Below are positions 1-9,776 of a stretch of DNA of 64,000 bases, piece by piece. The first letter of the stretch is position 1; each line of letters opens with the position of its first letter. Below the pieces are notes generated by a model, which had not been told where the DNA came from, searched no databases, and was given only the letters and a program-made list of their open reading frames with translations. Source of the stretch: an uncultured Verrucomicrobiota bacterium (GTDB taxonomy: Bacteria; Verrucomicrobiota; Kiritimatiellia; RFP12; UBA1067); contig CAMORM010000001.1 of the NCBI GenBank assembly GCA_946623785.1, positions 1,397 to 65,396 on the forward strand, given 5' to 3'. A program made the translations under genes and the position numbers.

Positions 1-2
1 GC

Positions 3-1184
3 GTGGAGGCGACCGGGGCGTGGATCAACGAGGCGAGGGAGATCAGCGAGGACCACATGGCGGCGGTGCAGAGCCGCATCGGGCGTTATCCGGCGACGAG
101 GGACGACTACAAGCCGCTGTCGCTGGGGATGCTGATGGACACGAACCCGCCGGACGACCAGAGCTGGTGGTACCGTCTGGCGGAGGTGGAGAAGCCGGTG
201 GGGTGGGAGTTCTTCAAGTGTCCCCCGGCGCTGCTGCGGATCGAGGACAAGAAGACGGGGAAGGTGCGGTACGAGCCGAACAGGGGGCAGGACCCGGCTA
301 TACCTGCGGCGGAGAACATCGAGCATCTGTCGGAGGGGTTCAACTACTACCTGAAGCAGGTTGCGGTGTGGCCGGACGCGAAGGTGAGGGTGATGGTCTG
401 CGGTGAGTACGGGACGATCCTGACGGGTGTTCCGGTGTATCCGCAGTGGAACGACGAGGCGAACCTGATGGAGAAGGAGCTGGAGCCGATGTGGGGGCTG
501 CCGATATTCGTCGGGACGGACGGAGGGTTCACGCCGAGCGCGGTGGCTGGGCAGGTGCTGCCGAACGGGCAGATCGCTGTGTACGACGAGCTGGTGGCGG
601 AGAACATCAGCTGCGGGGAGTTCGCGGAGCGGTTCCTGAGGCCGTGGCTGATCAATTCGTTCCGGCTGGCGGAGGGGCAGCGGCTGATGTGCTTCCACGA
701 CCCGAGCGGTCTGGGGGCGGGGAAGACGAGCGACGGGGTGACGGAGATCGTGGCGATGCAGCAGAAGGGGATCCCGGTGATGCCGTGTCCGGTGCAGGAG
801 AATGCGGTGGGGCTGCGACTGGAGTGCGTGAGGGAGGCGATGCGTCGGAGGGTGGACGGAGGGAAGGGGGGACTGGTGGTGAGCCGGAAGTGCAAGACGC
901 TGCTGGCGGGGCTGCGGGGTAGGTACCAGTATCGGCGGCTCAACACGTCGAGCGCGGAGAAGCGGTATGCGGACTCGCCGGACAAGGGGCCGCTGAGCCA
1001 TGTGCAGGATGCGCTTCAGTACATGGTCTACGGGGCGCTGCACCCGGACGGTTCGCCGCAGGGGCGGGATCCGTTCTCGACGAAGCCGCCGGACGCGAGG
1101 CTGTGGCTGCCGCAGTCGGCGAGGGGTGAGACGGGGACGCAGCAGGCGCTGGCGACGGGGCTCGACCTGGCCGGGTACTTCTAG
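3..1184 (+). CDS. terminase large subunit, C-terminal part (5' end lies outside the window)
   Basis: ORF runs from the window edge; it sits immediately upstream of the portal-sized gene, which is the usual first gene of a packaging/head module; Asp/Gly-rich C-terminal region fits a nuclease domain; family not checked against a database. Confidence 0.5.
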   Translation: MEATGAWINEAREISEDHMAAVQSRIGRYPATRDDYKPLSLGMLMDTNPPDDQSWWYRLAEVEKPVGWEFFKCPPALLRIEDKKTGKVRYEPNRGQDPAIPAAENIEHLSEGFNYYLKQVAVWPDAKVRVMVCGEYGTILTGVPVYPQWNDEANLMEKELEPMWGLPIFVGTDGGFTPSAVAGQVLPNGQIAVYDELVAENISCGEFAERFLRPWLINSFRLAEGQRLMCFHDPSGLGAGKTSDGVTEIVAMQQKGIPVMPCPVQENAVGLRLECVREAMRRRVDGGKGGLVVSRKCKTLLAGLRGRYQYRRLNTSSAEKRYADSPDKGPLSHVQDALQYMVYGALHPDGSPQGRDPFSTKPPDARLWLPQSARGETGTQQALATGLDLAGYF

Positions 1185-1187
1185 TCC

Positions 1188-1223
1188 GGTGCAGTTCGGT
1201 GCTATGGAGAATAGGGTGGCGTC
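1188..1223 (+). promoter_or_regulatory. conserved late-gene upstream motif GGTGCAGTTCGGTGC + TATGGAGAAT, copy 1
   Basis: the 39-nt intergenic gap between terminase and portal contains GGTGC-N5-GGTGC followed by a -10-like AT-rich element; same architecture at 9742 and 22813. Confidence 0.35.
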
Positions 1224-3773
1224 ATGAGCGAACAAGCGATCCAGAGCGGACTCGACGCCTTCAGCATAGCGATGGGGGCGAACCCGTCGCTTGGCTCGAC
1301 GGAGCTTCACGTCGGCGGCGTTCCGGGAGGGGCGCAGCTGACGCCCGGCCTTGCGATGCCGGTGATCGACCGGGATGGTCTGGATGGCTCGGAGAAGGAC
1401 GTTGAGAAGTCCGGCGAGGTCGTGCAGAGCGAGCCTCTGTGCGAACTGGCGAGGCATGTGAAGCGGGTCTTCGAGATCGCGAGGGTTGAGCGCGACAAGG
1501 CGCACGGCGTCACCGAGCGGCTGAACGAAGAGAAGCGGATGTTCAAGGGCGAGTACTCCGACATGGAGACGGACATCATCCGCAGCACGGGAGCCATCGG
1601 TGCGGACGGGCGTCCGGCGTTCTTCCAGCATCCGGCGGCGACGGTTCGCGGTCTTCGGTCGATGGCCGGGGACGTGTGGATGAACGGCGGTGACCTGCCG
1701 TTCACGCTGGACCCGACGCCGGACCCGGACATGCCGGAGGAGGTGACGGAGGTAGCGGTGCAGGAGGCGATGCTCGTCATCATCCAGCGCGAGGCGGCGA
1801 TCAAGAAGCTGGCGCAGACCGCGGCGGAGGCCGCAGCGGCGGCGGGGCAGAATCCGAACGATGCGTATGCGGCGGTGATGGCGGACCCGGACGCGCAGCC
1901 TCTGACGCCGCAGCAGATGGCGGTGCTGATGCCGCACAAGGTCGAGGAGGTCAAGAACCGCGTCAAGGAGGAGGCGCAGCAGCGGTGCGAGCTGATGTTC
2001 CGCAAGATCTCCGACCAGCTGACCGAGGGCGACTACGAGAAGGCGAAGGGGAAGTTCCTGGACTATCTGTGCCTGCACGGGACGGCGATCATGCGCGGTC
2101 CGGTGCCGAGGGTGAAGCGGCGTCAGGTGCGGAGGAAGACGAAGGACGGTGTGTGGACCATCAGGACGGAGGAGAAGACGGTCCTCTCGTTCGAGGCGAT
2201 CAATCCGTTCGACTGCTATCCGGCACCGGACTCGAGGGAGATCGGGGACTCGCCGCTGGTCATCAAGGTGAAGTTCTCGCCGAGCGACCTGCGTCTGTTC
2301 AGCAAGGCGAAGGGGAAGCTGTACAAGGGATGGAACGCGGACGCGGTGAACCGCATCCTTGCGGCGAACCCGCAGGGCGGCGTGGAGGCGACCCCGACGG
2401 CGAGCGACGCCGGGACGAGGGAGCACGAGGAGCTTTCGGACCGTCCGGCGCAGGCTACGCCGGAGAGCGGCAAGACGACCATCGACGCGCTTGAGTACTT
2501 CGGGGAGGCGAGGGGCAGCGAGCTGGTCGGCATCGGTCTGCGTCGCGATACGAACGGCAGGGAGATCGACCCGGAGGAGTACTACGACGTGAACTGCATC
2601 GTGGTGCAGGACGTGGTGGTGTACTGCCGGATCATCGAGCCGGAGATCGGCTGGCCTCTGAGCAAGGCGGTGTGCTTCCGCGACCCGGACTCGTGGTGGG
2701 GCGAGGGGCCGATCTGGAAGGCTAAGGACGCGTATAAGGTTCTGAACAGCTGCGGCCGCAACCTCATCGTGAACATGAGCGAGGCGGCCGGTGCGATGAT
2801 GGTGGTGAACACGAACCGCCTCGCCGCCGGGACGGACCTGAAGATCAGGCCGCACAAGGTATGGCCGATCGTGGACCCGCCGATGGGGGTGGCGTCGCAG
2901 CCAGGCGCTCCGGTGCAGATGCTCCAGGTCAACAGCAACTCGGGCGACCTGCTGAACATCTACAAGTTCTTCAAGACGGAGGTCGGCGACCTTGCCGGTG
3001 TTCCGTCCTACGCGTTCGGCTCCAATACGGGAAGCGCGTCCGCGATGCGGACCGCCTCGACGCTCTCGATGCTCTCGGAGGGAACGACGCGCGGCATCAA
3101 GGACATGCTCTTCAGCGTGGACCGCGAGGAGATGCGGCCCATCGTGATGAGGCTCTACGCCTGGAACATGCTCTACGACAAGGACGAGAGCATCAAGGGC
3201 GACATGACCTGCAACCCGGGCGGGCTGATGGGGCTCGTGCTGGTGGAGCAGGAGTACAACCGGATGGTGCAGTTCCTGAACCTCGCGAACAACGGCACGG
3301 ATTTGCAGATCGTGACGGTGCAGGGGCGCGCGATGATCTACCGCAAGATCGCGCAGATGCTGAAGATCAACCCGGACCGGGTGGTCGCGACGTACGAGCA
3401 GCTTCAGGAGAAGCAGCGGCTTGCGGACGTCCAGCAGAAGCTCCAGATCGCTCAGCAGCAGGCGGCCCTTGCCAACACGCAGGCCGGAATCGGCGGCGGC
3501 GACAACGGCGAGGTTCCGACCGATGGCCCGTCCACCACCGGAGCGGAGGGCCCGGTGCAGGGCGAGGCTCCGCGGCAGGGCGCGGCGGGCGGCGGCAATC
3601 CCGGCGGCTCGCAGCCATCGCAGGCCACGGCCGAGTCGGCGCTGTCCGGCGGACCGGGCGGAGGGCTCACTCCGTCGGCGCGCGGGACGATCCGGTCGAC
3701 CATCACGAATCCGCAGGCGCGGGCCGCGGCCGGGGCCAGGTCGGCGGCCACGAGGGGAGGGGGCGCGGAATGA
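1224..3773 (+). CDS. putative portal protein (849 aa) with a Gly/Ala/Pro-rich disordered C-terminus
   Basis: large protein directly after terminase, before scaffold and capsid genes; strong GC3 bias; function inferred from position only. Confidence 0.45.
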   Translation: MSEQAIQSGLDAFSIAMGANPSLGSTELHVGGVPGGAQLTPGLAMPVIDRDGLDGSEKDVEKSGEVVQSEPLCELARHVKRVFEIARVERDKAHGVTERLNEEKRMFKGEYSDMETDIIRSTGAIGADGRPAFFQHPAATVRGLRSMAGDVWMNGGDLPFTLDPTPDPDMPEEVTEVAVQEAMLVIIQREAAIKKLAQTAAEAAAAAGQNPNDAYAAVMADPDAQPLTPQQMAVLMPHKVEEVKNRVKEEAQQRCELMFRKISDQLTEGDYEKAKGKFLDYLCLHGTAIMRGPVPRVKRRQVRRKTKDGVWTIRTEEKTVLSFEAINPFDCYPAPDSREIGDSPLVIKVKFSPSDLRLFSKAKGKLYKGWNADAVNRILAANPQGGVEATPTASDAGTREHEELSDRPAQATPESGKTTIDALEYFGEARGSELVGIGLRRDTNGREIDPEEYYDVNCIVVQDVVVYCRIIEPEIGWPLSKAVCFRDPDSWWGEGPIWKAKDAYKVLNSCGRNLIVNMSEAAGAMMVVNTNRLAAGTDLKIRPHKVWPIVDPPMGVASQPGAPVQMLQVNSNSGDLLNIYKFFKTEVGDLAGVPSYAFGSNTGSASAMRTASTLSMLSEGTTRGIKDMLFSVDREEMRPIVMRLYAWNMLYDKDESIKGDMTCNPGGLMGLVLVEQEYNRMVQFLNLANNGTDLQIVTVQGRAMIYRKIAQMLKINPDRVVATYEQLQEKQRLADVQQKLQIAQQQAALANTQAGIGGGDNGEVPTDGPSTTGAEGPVQGEAPRQGAAGGGNPGGSQPSQATAESALSGGPGGGLTPSARGTIRSTITNPQARAAAGARSAATRGGGAE

Positions 3774-4048
3774 CCATCGACTTCAACAATCTTTCCGTGA
3801 AGGAGGCGCGCGTTCTCGCGACCTCCTCGGTTCAGGAGACGCTGCTCGGCATGATCGAGCCGCGCATCGACTCCATCCAGAAGCATCTTTCCGACATGGG
3901 CAGCGACCGCGAGGAACACCTCGCCGTCGGAGCCCTGTCGGCTCTCGCCGCGCTACGCGACGCTCTCAGGACCGCTCCCTCCGTAGTCGAGGCCGACGCC
4001 AAGGCCGCCGACGCGAAAGGGACATCGGCATTGGAGGGCTTCGTGTAG
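3770..4048 (+). CDS. hypothetical protein (92 aa)
   Basis: ATG overlaps the portal stop (ATGA); GGGGAGGGGG upstream as ribosome-binding site; sense-strand codon bias. Confidence 0.4.
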   Translation: MTIDFNNLSVKEARVLATSSVQETLLGMIEPRIDSIQKHLSDMGSDREEHLAVGALSALAALRDALRTAPSVVEADAKAADAKGTSALEGFV

Positions 4049-4160
4049 GCGAGGCAAAGTGGACTTCCGGAACTTCGCCGCGAGGCGCTCCGGCAGACCG
4101 ATGGAACATCCGCCGAATTTGGCAAGGCGGCTCCAGCAAACACGCAAGGACAAACCAAAC

Positions 4161-5144
4161 ATGGACACCGAAACCACCAACCAGAACACCGCAACTCCCG
4201 CTACCGCGAACGCCCCCGCCGCGTTCGCCCCCACTCAGCTCGCCGACGCCTTCGCCGCAGCGACCTCTCCGATCGAGACGGACTCCGCGACGAACGAGCA
4301 GGGCCAGCAGGGGGCGACGGACGACAAGGCCGCAGCGGAAGCCGCAGCGCAGGCCCACGCCACCTCCGTCCACAACGGACGGCTCGGCGCGGCGATGCGC
4401 GAGAACAACTCCCTCAAGAAGAGCCTCTCGGAGAAGGACGAGGAGATCGCCCGGCTTCGCGAGCAGCTCGAGGCGTCGCGAAAGACGCTGCCTCCGAAGG
4501 AGCGCTACAAGGACGTGGAAGGCATCGACAACTTCGATGACGATACCGTCAAGCTTGTGGACGCGATCGCGGAGAAGCGCGAGGCCGCCATCCGGCAGCA
4601 GCTGGAAGAGCAGCGCAAGCGCAACGAGGAGCTGGAGAGGCGCTTCGCCATGAGCGGAGCGAAAAGCAGCGAGGACGAGGTGAAGGCCGCGGTCTGGCGC
4701 GAAGTGGAGGCCCGCACGCCGGGACTCCTCGCCCGCGTCTCCGGCGGCGGCGATCTGGTCGATGCGTGGACCGCGTTCACCCACAACGAGAAGGATCCGG
4801 CGACGGGCCTTCCGTGGGGAACCGCCTTGGGCGAGGCGCTCAAGCGCGGATACGCGCCCGGCATCACGAGGGTCTTCGAGCAGTTCGTGGAGAGGAACGG
4901 CCTCGCGCGTCAGCATGACGGCACCGGACTCGCTCCGACGCCACCGGCCTCCAAGGGCGCTGGCGGCGAAGGGGGTCTCCGGGATTCGAACGGCCGCAAG
5001 GTCTGGCCGAGCAAGCAGGCGATCTTCGACGAGATGGAGCGAGTCTCCGTCGCCGAGCGCCGCGGCTCCATCACCAGCGCCGAGCGGCACAAGCAACTGG
5101 AGGCGCTCGAGGACGACTTCCGGTCCGGTCGCTACGTCAAGTAG
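4161..5144 (+). CDS. putative scaffolding protein (coiled-coil, charged; alternative start at 4059)
   Basis: lies between portal and capsid genes; Ala/Glu/Arg/Lys-rich helical sequence (EEQRKRNEELERR); AAGGA ribosome-binding site before ATG 4161. Confidence 0.4.
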   Translation: MDTETTNQNTATPATANAPAAFAPTQLADAFAAATSPIETDSATNEQGQQGATDDKAAAEAAAQAHATSVHNGRLGAAMRENNSLKKSLSEKDEEIARLREQLEASRKTLPPKERYKDVEGIDNFDDDTVKLVDAIAEKREAAIRQQLEEQRKRNEELERRFAMSGAKSSEDEVKAAVWREVEARTPGLLARVSGGGDLVDAWTAFTHNEKDPATGLPWGTALGEALKRGYAPGITRVFEQFVERNGLARQHDGTGLAPTPPASKGAGGEGGLRDSNGRKVWPSKQAIFDEMERVSVAERRGSITSAERHKQLEALEDDFRSGRYVK

Positions 5145-5204
5145 CGGCGCGGGCCGAGACCGTCGCGGGCGCAACCGCCAACCACCAAGAAAGAAGGCAA
5201 AGCA

Positions 5205-6200
5205 ATGATTGCGCCTACCGCACGGGTGTACCACAAGATTCCGGATCAGTGGGAGCCCATCATCTATTCCAAGAAGATCGACGAGGTCGTCCACGACAAC
5301 GTCGTCTTCAACCAGATCTTCAACCGCGACTACGAGGGCGAACTCAAGGGCGTCGGCTCGAAGCTGGTCATCCGTTCGTGGCCCGAGCTGAAGGCCAACG
5401 ACTACGTCCTCGGCACGCCGATCAACCCGCAGAGGGTGGACGCGCGCTCCAAGGAGGTCGTCGTCGGTCGCGCCTGGGAGCTGTCCATCGTCCTCGACCA
5501 GTGGGACCTGATGTGGTCCGACATGAAGGCGTGGGAAGGCCAGCGCTCCAAGAAGATCGGCGTCGCCACCTCCGAGTTCCTCGAGGACAAGTGGTTCGGC
5601 GAGGCGTATGCCGCCGCCGCCAACACTCCGTTCACGAAGTGGAACACGGGCAACGACGCGGGCATCAACGGCGGCATCAAGCTCGGCACGGCCGCGCTTC
5701 CCGTCGTCCTGACCGCCACGAAGAGCCCGACCGGAACCGGCGAGAAGAACGTGCTCAAGCACATCTACGACATGGACATGGTCCACACCCGCCATCAGGG
5801 AGCCTCGTCCGCGACCCGCAAGTACATGATCACCTCCCCCGAGGTGCTCAAGGTGCTCCGCGAGTTCGACGCGTTCGAGCGCACCTCGTGCAACGAGACG
5901 CTGGACGTGCTCCTCCGCAAGGACGTGATGAGCTACGGCCGCAACGCGGCGACGGGCTTCGAGATGTACCTCTCGAACCGCCTCGGCGGCACGGCTGGCA
6001 CGGGCGACTACGCCGGGAAGACGATCTACCCGATCTTCTTCGGCGACACCCGCGCCTGGACCTACGCCGACCTCGTCTCCGAGACCGGTATCAAGGACTC
6101 CCCGGACACTCCCGGAGTCTCCTATGAATACCACATCGGCGCGTACGACTGGTTCCTCGCGCAGCCCGAATACTTCGGCGTCTCGTACGTCGCGGTCTAA
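5205..6200 (+). CDS. putative major capsid protein (331 aa)
   Basis: position after scaffold; size; good ribosome-binding site GAAAGAAGG; strong terminator follows the next gene, suggesting high expression. Confidence 0.5.
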   Translation: MIAPTARVYHKIPDQWEPIIYSKKIDEVVHDNVVFNQIFNRDYEGELKGVGSKLVIRSWPELKANDYVLGTPINPQRVDARSKEVVVGRAWELSIVLDQWDLMWSDMKAWEGQRSKKIGVATSEFLEDKWFGEAYAAAANTPFTKWNTGNDAGINGGIKLGTAALPVVLTATKSPTGTGEKNVLKHIYDMDMVHTRHQGASSATRKYMITSPEVLKVLREFDAFERTSCNETLDVLLRKDVMSYGRNAATGFEMYLSNRLGGTAGTGDYAGKTIYPIFFGDTRAWTYADLVSETGIKDSPDTPGVSYEYHIGAYDWFLAQPEYFGVSYVAV

Positions 6201-6227
6201 CCAACAGCCAAGAAAGGAAAAACTGAA

Positions 6228-6719
6228 ATGGCTACGTTCACCTACCTCCCCCCCGACCAGGCCCCCGTCACGCAGCAGGGCGTCTGCACCGAGTACCCCG
6301 CCGGCTACGGCGGCACGCCCGTCCACTGGGTCGGGCCGCTCTCGCAGATCGTCGCTGCCGCGTCCGGCGTGAAGGTCAAGGTTCCCGAGGGCTTCCAGCC
6401 CAAGCGCTACGTCGTGAAGACCGAGGCCCTCGCGCCCCACATCTTCACGAACGGCATGGAGGCTCCGACGGAGCTCGTCTCCGGCGACTCCGTGGTTCTG
6501 ACCCTGAGCGGCGCGGGCGTCGCGGCCTCCGGCACGCTGGCCTACTCCGGCACCGATGGCACGCCGATGTTCGCCGGTGCGGTTGCGTCCGGCGCTGTTG
6601 TCGGCGATGACGCGACCTACGTCACCATCACCAGCTCCGGCTCCGCGTCGGGCGACGTGATGGTCGAGGCGCTGGTCTACTGCGACATCGTGGACCCGCA
6701 TCCGCCCAAGATGTTCTAG
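6228..6719 (+). CDS. hypothetical head protein (163 aa; possibly decoration or auxiliary)
   Basis: immediately follows capsid gene with AAAGGAAAA ribosome-binding site; Gly/Ala/Ser/Thr-rich, beta-like. Confidence 0.4.
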   Translation: MATFTYLPPDQAPVTQQGVCTEYPAGYGGTPVHWVGPLSQIVAAASGVKVKVPEGFQPKRYVVKTEALAPHIFTNGMEAPTELVSGDSVVLTLSGAGVAASGTLAYSGTDGTPMFAGAVASGAVVGDDATYVTITSSGSASGDVMVEALVYCDIVDPHPPKMF

Positions 6720-6729
6720 CGAACGTCTC

Positions 6730-6798
6730 GTCCCCCTCGTGGCGGGGTGTTTCCCCTCCATCACCTCCCGCCCCGTCACGAGGGGGGCTTTCTTCTTC
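6730..6798 (+). terminator. Rho-independent terminator (18-bp GC stem, 23-nt loop, TTTCTTCTTC tail)
   Basis: GTCCCCCTCGTGGCGGGG pairs with CCCCGTCACGAGGGGGGC; followed by a U-rich tract; sits in the 115-nt gap after the capsid/decoration genes. Confidence 0.5.
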
Positions 6799-6834
6799 AA
6801 ACCAAAAGAAACCCGAACCGCAAAGGAATCCTAC

Positions 6835-7305
6835 ATGGACTACGACCCCTCTTTCCCCTACCTGATGAGCAAGGAGACTCTTGCCTACTGCCCGAATAAC
6901 GTCCACGCGTGGAAGCAGTACGGAGACAAGTTCGTCCCGATCACCCGCGAGCAGGCTCTGGACATCGACAGGCGCGGCAGGGCGGCTGGCGTCGACATCC
7001 TCCGCGCCGTGGTGGCGCGCGACAACGCCGACGCGCTGCGCCGTGCCGAGGCCGCCATCGGGGCGATGGTCTCAGACGCGCCCTCCCCGGCTCCTGTCGC
7101 CGCGGCCGAGGAGGCTCCCGCCGCCGTCGAGACGGAGCCGGACCGCCCGTGGAGCGCTAAGACCATCAAGGGCAACCCGCCCAAGAAGGACCTCATCGCG
7201 TTCCTCGAGGGCAAGGGCGTGGCGGACGCCGCCGAGCTGCCATACGACGAGCTGAAGGCCACCGCTGCGACCTATGACTGGGTCGCCGAACACGGGGCGC
7301 AGTAG
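6835..7305 (+). CDS. hypothetical protein (156 aa)
   Basis: ATG preceded by AAAGGAA; track ORF 6739-7305 trimmed to the first ATG with a ribosome-binding site. Confidence 0.4.
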   Translation: MDYDPSFPYLMSKETLAYCPNNVHAWKQYGDKFVPITREQALDIDRRGRAAGVDILRAVVARDNADALRRAEAAIGAMVSDAPSPAPVAAAEEAPAAVETEPDRPWSAKTIKGNPPKKDLIAFLEGKGVADAAELPYDELKATAATYDWVAEHGAQ

Positions 7306-7309
7306 GGAG

Positions 7310-7747
7310 ATGGCGGAGTTCGGCGAGCAGAGGACGTACCGCTGGGCGGTCGAGAGAGCGCGCGAGCTGCTCTCGGACAGGAACCCGGAGCGGTACCGTT
7401 GGCTGGACGAGGAGCTTCTCCGTTTCGTGGCGCAGGGCATCGAGGCGCTTGCCTCGGTCCGCCCCGCGTCGCGGTATCTGGGGATGAGACTGGTCCGTCG
7501 GGTGTACCCAGACATTCCGCCTCGCGACAAGGTTCTTCCTCCGAATCCGACGCAAGCGCAGGTGGACGCATACGAAGCGGCCATCAACGACTTCGCCGAC
7601 TCTCCGCTGCTCGTCGACCCGCAGTGGCACGACGCCCTCGTGGAGTTCGCCTGCTACAAGGCGTACACGATGGACCAGGCCGACGCCGGGAACCTGGCGA
7701 TCGCGGAGAAGCACTACAAGAAATTCCTTGAGGACGCCGCCCGATGA
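7310..7747 (+). CDS. hypothetical head-completion/connector-region protein (145 aa)
   Basis: GGGAGA ribosome-binding site then ATG at 7310; located in the head-tail joining gene block. Confidence 0.4.
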   Translation: MAEFGEQRTYRWAVERARELLSDRNPERYRWLDEELLRFVAQGIEALASVRPASRYLGMRLVRRVYPDIPPRDKVLPPNPTQAQVDAYEAAINDFADSPLLVDPQWHDALVEFACYKAYTMDQADAGNLAIAEKHYKKFLEDAAR

Positions 7748-8436
7748 GCAGTCTTCCACTCGACACCGACCTCGCCGCGAAGAAGCAGCCGAAGGAGCTG
7801 TCTGCGGCGAACGCGACCGGGACTCTCGCATCGCTTCTGGACGAGGTGGTGTGGCGGACTCCCGGATGCTCCGACCTCGAGAGGCGCAAGGCGCTGAGCG
7901 AGGCGGCGCGCGACTTCTGCGACCGGACGAACTGCTGGCAGGAACCGGTGCGATGGCCCGGACCTCCGCCGAGCTGCATGGGGCATTACCCCATCGCGAT
8001 GCCGAGCGGGGCCGTCGCGCTCCGCATCCGAGAGAACGGCAACTGGATCACGGCGAGGCATACGATCCGGTGGCGCGGGTTCCCCGGCCTGCATCCGCTT
8101 CTGGACTGGCGGCGGTTCGACCCGTGGCCTCCGTTCCTGTGCGGCAGGGCTCCGACTCCAATCGTGGCGTTCGCCCCCGCTCCTGGCTCGGAGGAGATCG
8201 ACGAGGACGTTCTGGCCCGCTGGGGCCACGCCTTCGTGGACGGAGCCTGCGCCAAGCTCCTCGCGATGCTGGACAAGCCGTGGGGAGACAAGGGGCGGCT
8301 GGTGTACCAGCAGCACGCCTCCGCCTACTCCGCCGCCGTTGCCGAGGCGAGAGCGGAGTCCGAGGGCTCGTACCAGCCGGGGACCGCTCCGGCATACGGA
8401 CCGCTCAACACCGTTCCGGGGATCCCGTTCATCTAG
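7744..8436 (+). CDS. hypothetical protein (230 aa)
   Basis: ATGA overlap with the upstream gene; sense codon bias. Confidence 0.4.
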   Translation: MSSLPLDTDLAAKKQPKELSAANATGTLASLLDEVVWRTPGCSDLERRKALSEAARDFCDRTNCWQEPVRWPGPPPSCMGHYPIAMPSGAVALRIRENGNWITARHTIRWRGFPGLHPLLDWRRFDPWPPFLCGRAPTPIVAFAPAPGSEEIDEDVLARWGHAFVDGACAKLLAMLDKPWGDKGRLVYQQHASAYSAAVAEARAESEGSYQPGTAPAYGPLNTVPGIPFI

Positions 8437-8450
8437 AAGGATGCGCCGAG

Positions 8451-8990
8451 ATGGGATGCCCGTGCAAGGACAAGGCGAAGAAGGCGGCGGCTGCCGAACT
8501 GGCGGTTGCTCCTGCTGCCGACGCGCGTCCTGCACAGTCCGTCCGGCTCGAGCTGACCGTGCGCGGGGAAGGGCATCCACTCGCGTGCGAGGACTGCCTC
8601 GCCAAGCACGTCGGCGTAGCCTACGTCCTCTCCGGCGAATGGCTCGAGGACGAGACGCGCAAGACGGAGCGCCTGCTCTGCATCGCGAACCTCCAATGCG
8701 CCGCCGAACACGCGGAGGCGCTCGGGAGGAAGAGCCTCGCGTCGCTGCTCGACGAGGCGCGCGTGCTGTTCGCAAGGGACGGCGAAGCAAGCAAGATCGT
8801 ACTCGCCGTCGACGAACTGTGCGGCGCGGACGAGCGGGAGCGCCAGCGGCTCGTCGCCATCGGGCACATGGCGGCGGCGGAGCAGGCCATGAGACTTTGC
8901 GACGGCGATTCGTTCGCCGATCGCGTGCGTGACGTCCGGCTGGACTGGACGGCACGTCCGCCGAGGCCGCCAAGGCCATCTGCGCCGTGA
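8451..8990 (+). CDS. Cys-rich hypothetical protein (179 aa)
   Basis: strong GC3 bias in this frame (MGCPCKDKAKK...); the alternative overlapping frame was rejected on codon bias. Confidence 0.4.
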   Translation: MGCPCKDKAKKAAAAELAVAPAADARPAQSVRLELTVRGEGHPLACEDCLAKHVGVAYVLSGEWLEDETRKTERLLCIANLQCAAEHAEALGRKSLASLLDEARVLFARDGEASKIVLAVDELCGADERERQRLVAIGHMAAAEQAMRLCDGDSFADRVRDVRLDWTARPPRPPRPSAP

Positions 8991-9082
8991 CGAGCTGGAA
9001 GTGGGCCCACCACGAGATCGAGGCGCATTCCTCCGCGAAGGTCTAGGCGCGCAGAGGATAACAGGCGCAAAGGAAGAGCGAC

Positions 9083-9736
9083 ATGAGAGACGAAGACACA
9101 CCGAAAACGGAACAAGGGTCTGGCAGCCCTTCCAAGAAGGACAGGCCGCTCACGCCAGTCGAGCGTACGATAGGGATGATGCTCTGCGCCGCTCTTGCGC
9201 TCTTTCTTCTTTACCTCGGCTTCGCGACAACCGCAGGGTGCGCGTCCATCGACGCCGACGAGGCGTACACGATCTACACGAACATCTCGGTCCGCGTCAA
9301 GGGCTCCGGCGCGTCCGGCGAAAACGTGGGTGCGCCGTCATCGGGTGACGCGCCGGAGCCCTCTTCTTCCCCGTTCGTCGCCGACTGGCGGTACGGAGGG
9401 TTCAACGGTAACGGGGCGGTCGAAGACAAGAGCTGCCAGATCAAGTCCGTGTCCACATCCGGCAAGGGCGTCACGTTCAAGCTGTCCGGCTCGTGGTGGG
9501 GTGCTACGCACGAGAGCCCGACGATGCGCTGCTGCGCCTTCTACAAAGATGGTTCCGGCAGGTGGGTCGGCGGGTTCTGGGAGTGGGGAAGCCCCGACAG
9601 GACATACCGAGCATTCACCAACATCAACGACGAATACAAGGGCTGGGACGCGAAGGCGTTCTTCGCGGCCAAGAAGCACGGGTTCGTCATCTGCTCGAAG
9701 GACGGAAAGAAGCGCTCCAACTTCATCGAGGACTAG
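9083..9736 (+). CDS. putative secreted lipoprotein (217 aa), inserted in the structural module
   Basis: N-terminal hydrophobic helix followed by a lipobox-like TTAGC; Gly/Trp-rich beta-like mature part; flanked by motif copy 2. Confidence 0.45.
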   Translation: MRDEDTPKTEQGSGSPSKKDRPLTPVERTIGMMLCAALALFLLYLGFATTAGCASIDADEAYTIYTNISVRVKGSGASGENVGAPSSGDAPEPSSSPFVADWRYGGFNGNGAVEDKSCQIKSVSTSGKGVTFKLSGSWWGATHESPTMRCCAFYKDGSGRWVGGFWEWGSPDRTYRAFTNINDEYKGWDAKAFFAAKKHGFVICSKDGKKRSNFIED

Positions 9737-9741
9737 CATCT

Positions 9742-9776
9742 GGTGCAGTCCGGTGCGCCTATAGAATCTGGACTTG
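9742..9776 (+). promoter_or_regulatory. conserved upstream motif GGTGCAGTCCGGTGC + TATAGAAT, copy 2
   Basis: intergenic 9737-9773; near-identical to the site at 1188. Confidence 0.35.

Noticed and set aside
4059-4160. Upstream start for the scaffold gene at 4059
   Set aside because: The first 34 codons are basic low-complexity with no ribosome-binding site. ATG 4161 has an AAGGA ribosome-binding site and begins the acidic scaffold-like sequence. The start remains uncertain
3966-6800. 944-aa ORF on the - strand, plus many other long antisense or out-of-frame ORFs in the track (e.g. 17846-19744 -, 29436-31334 -, 32310-33605 -, 33828-34862 -, 36929-38314 -, 37237-38739 +, 7714-8979 -, 22791-23684 -, 23778-24683 -)
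   Set aside because: They lie opposite tightly packed sense-strand genes. They have Arg/Ala/Pro/Gly-rich low-complexity translations typical of stop-poor frames in 65% GC DNA, and they lack the third-position GC bias seen in the called frames
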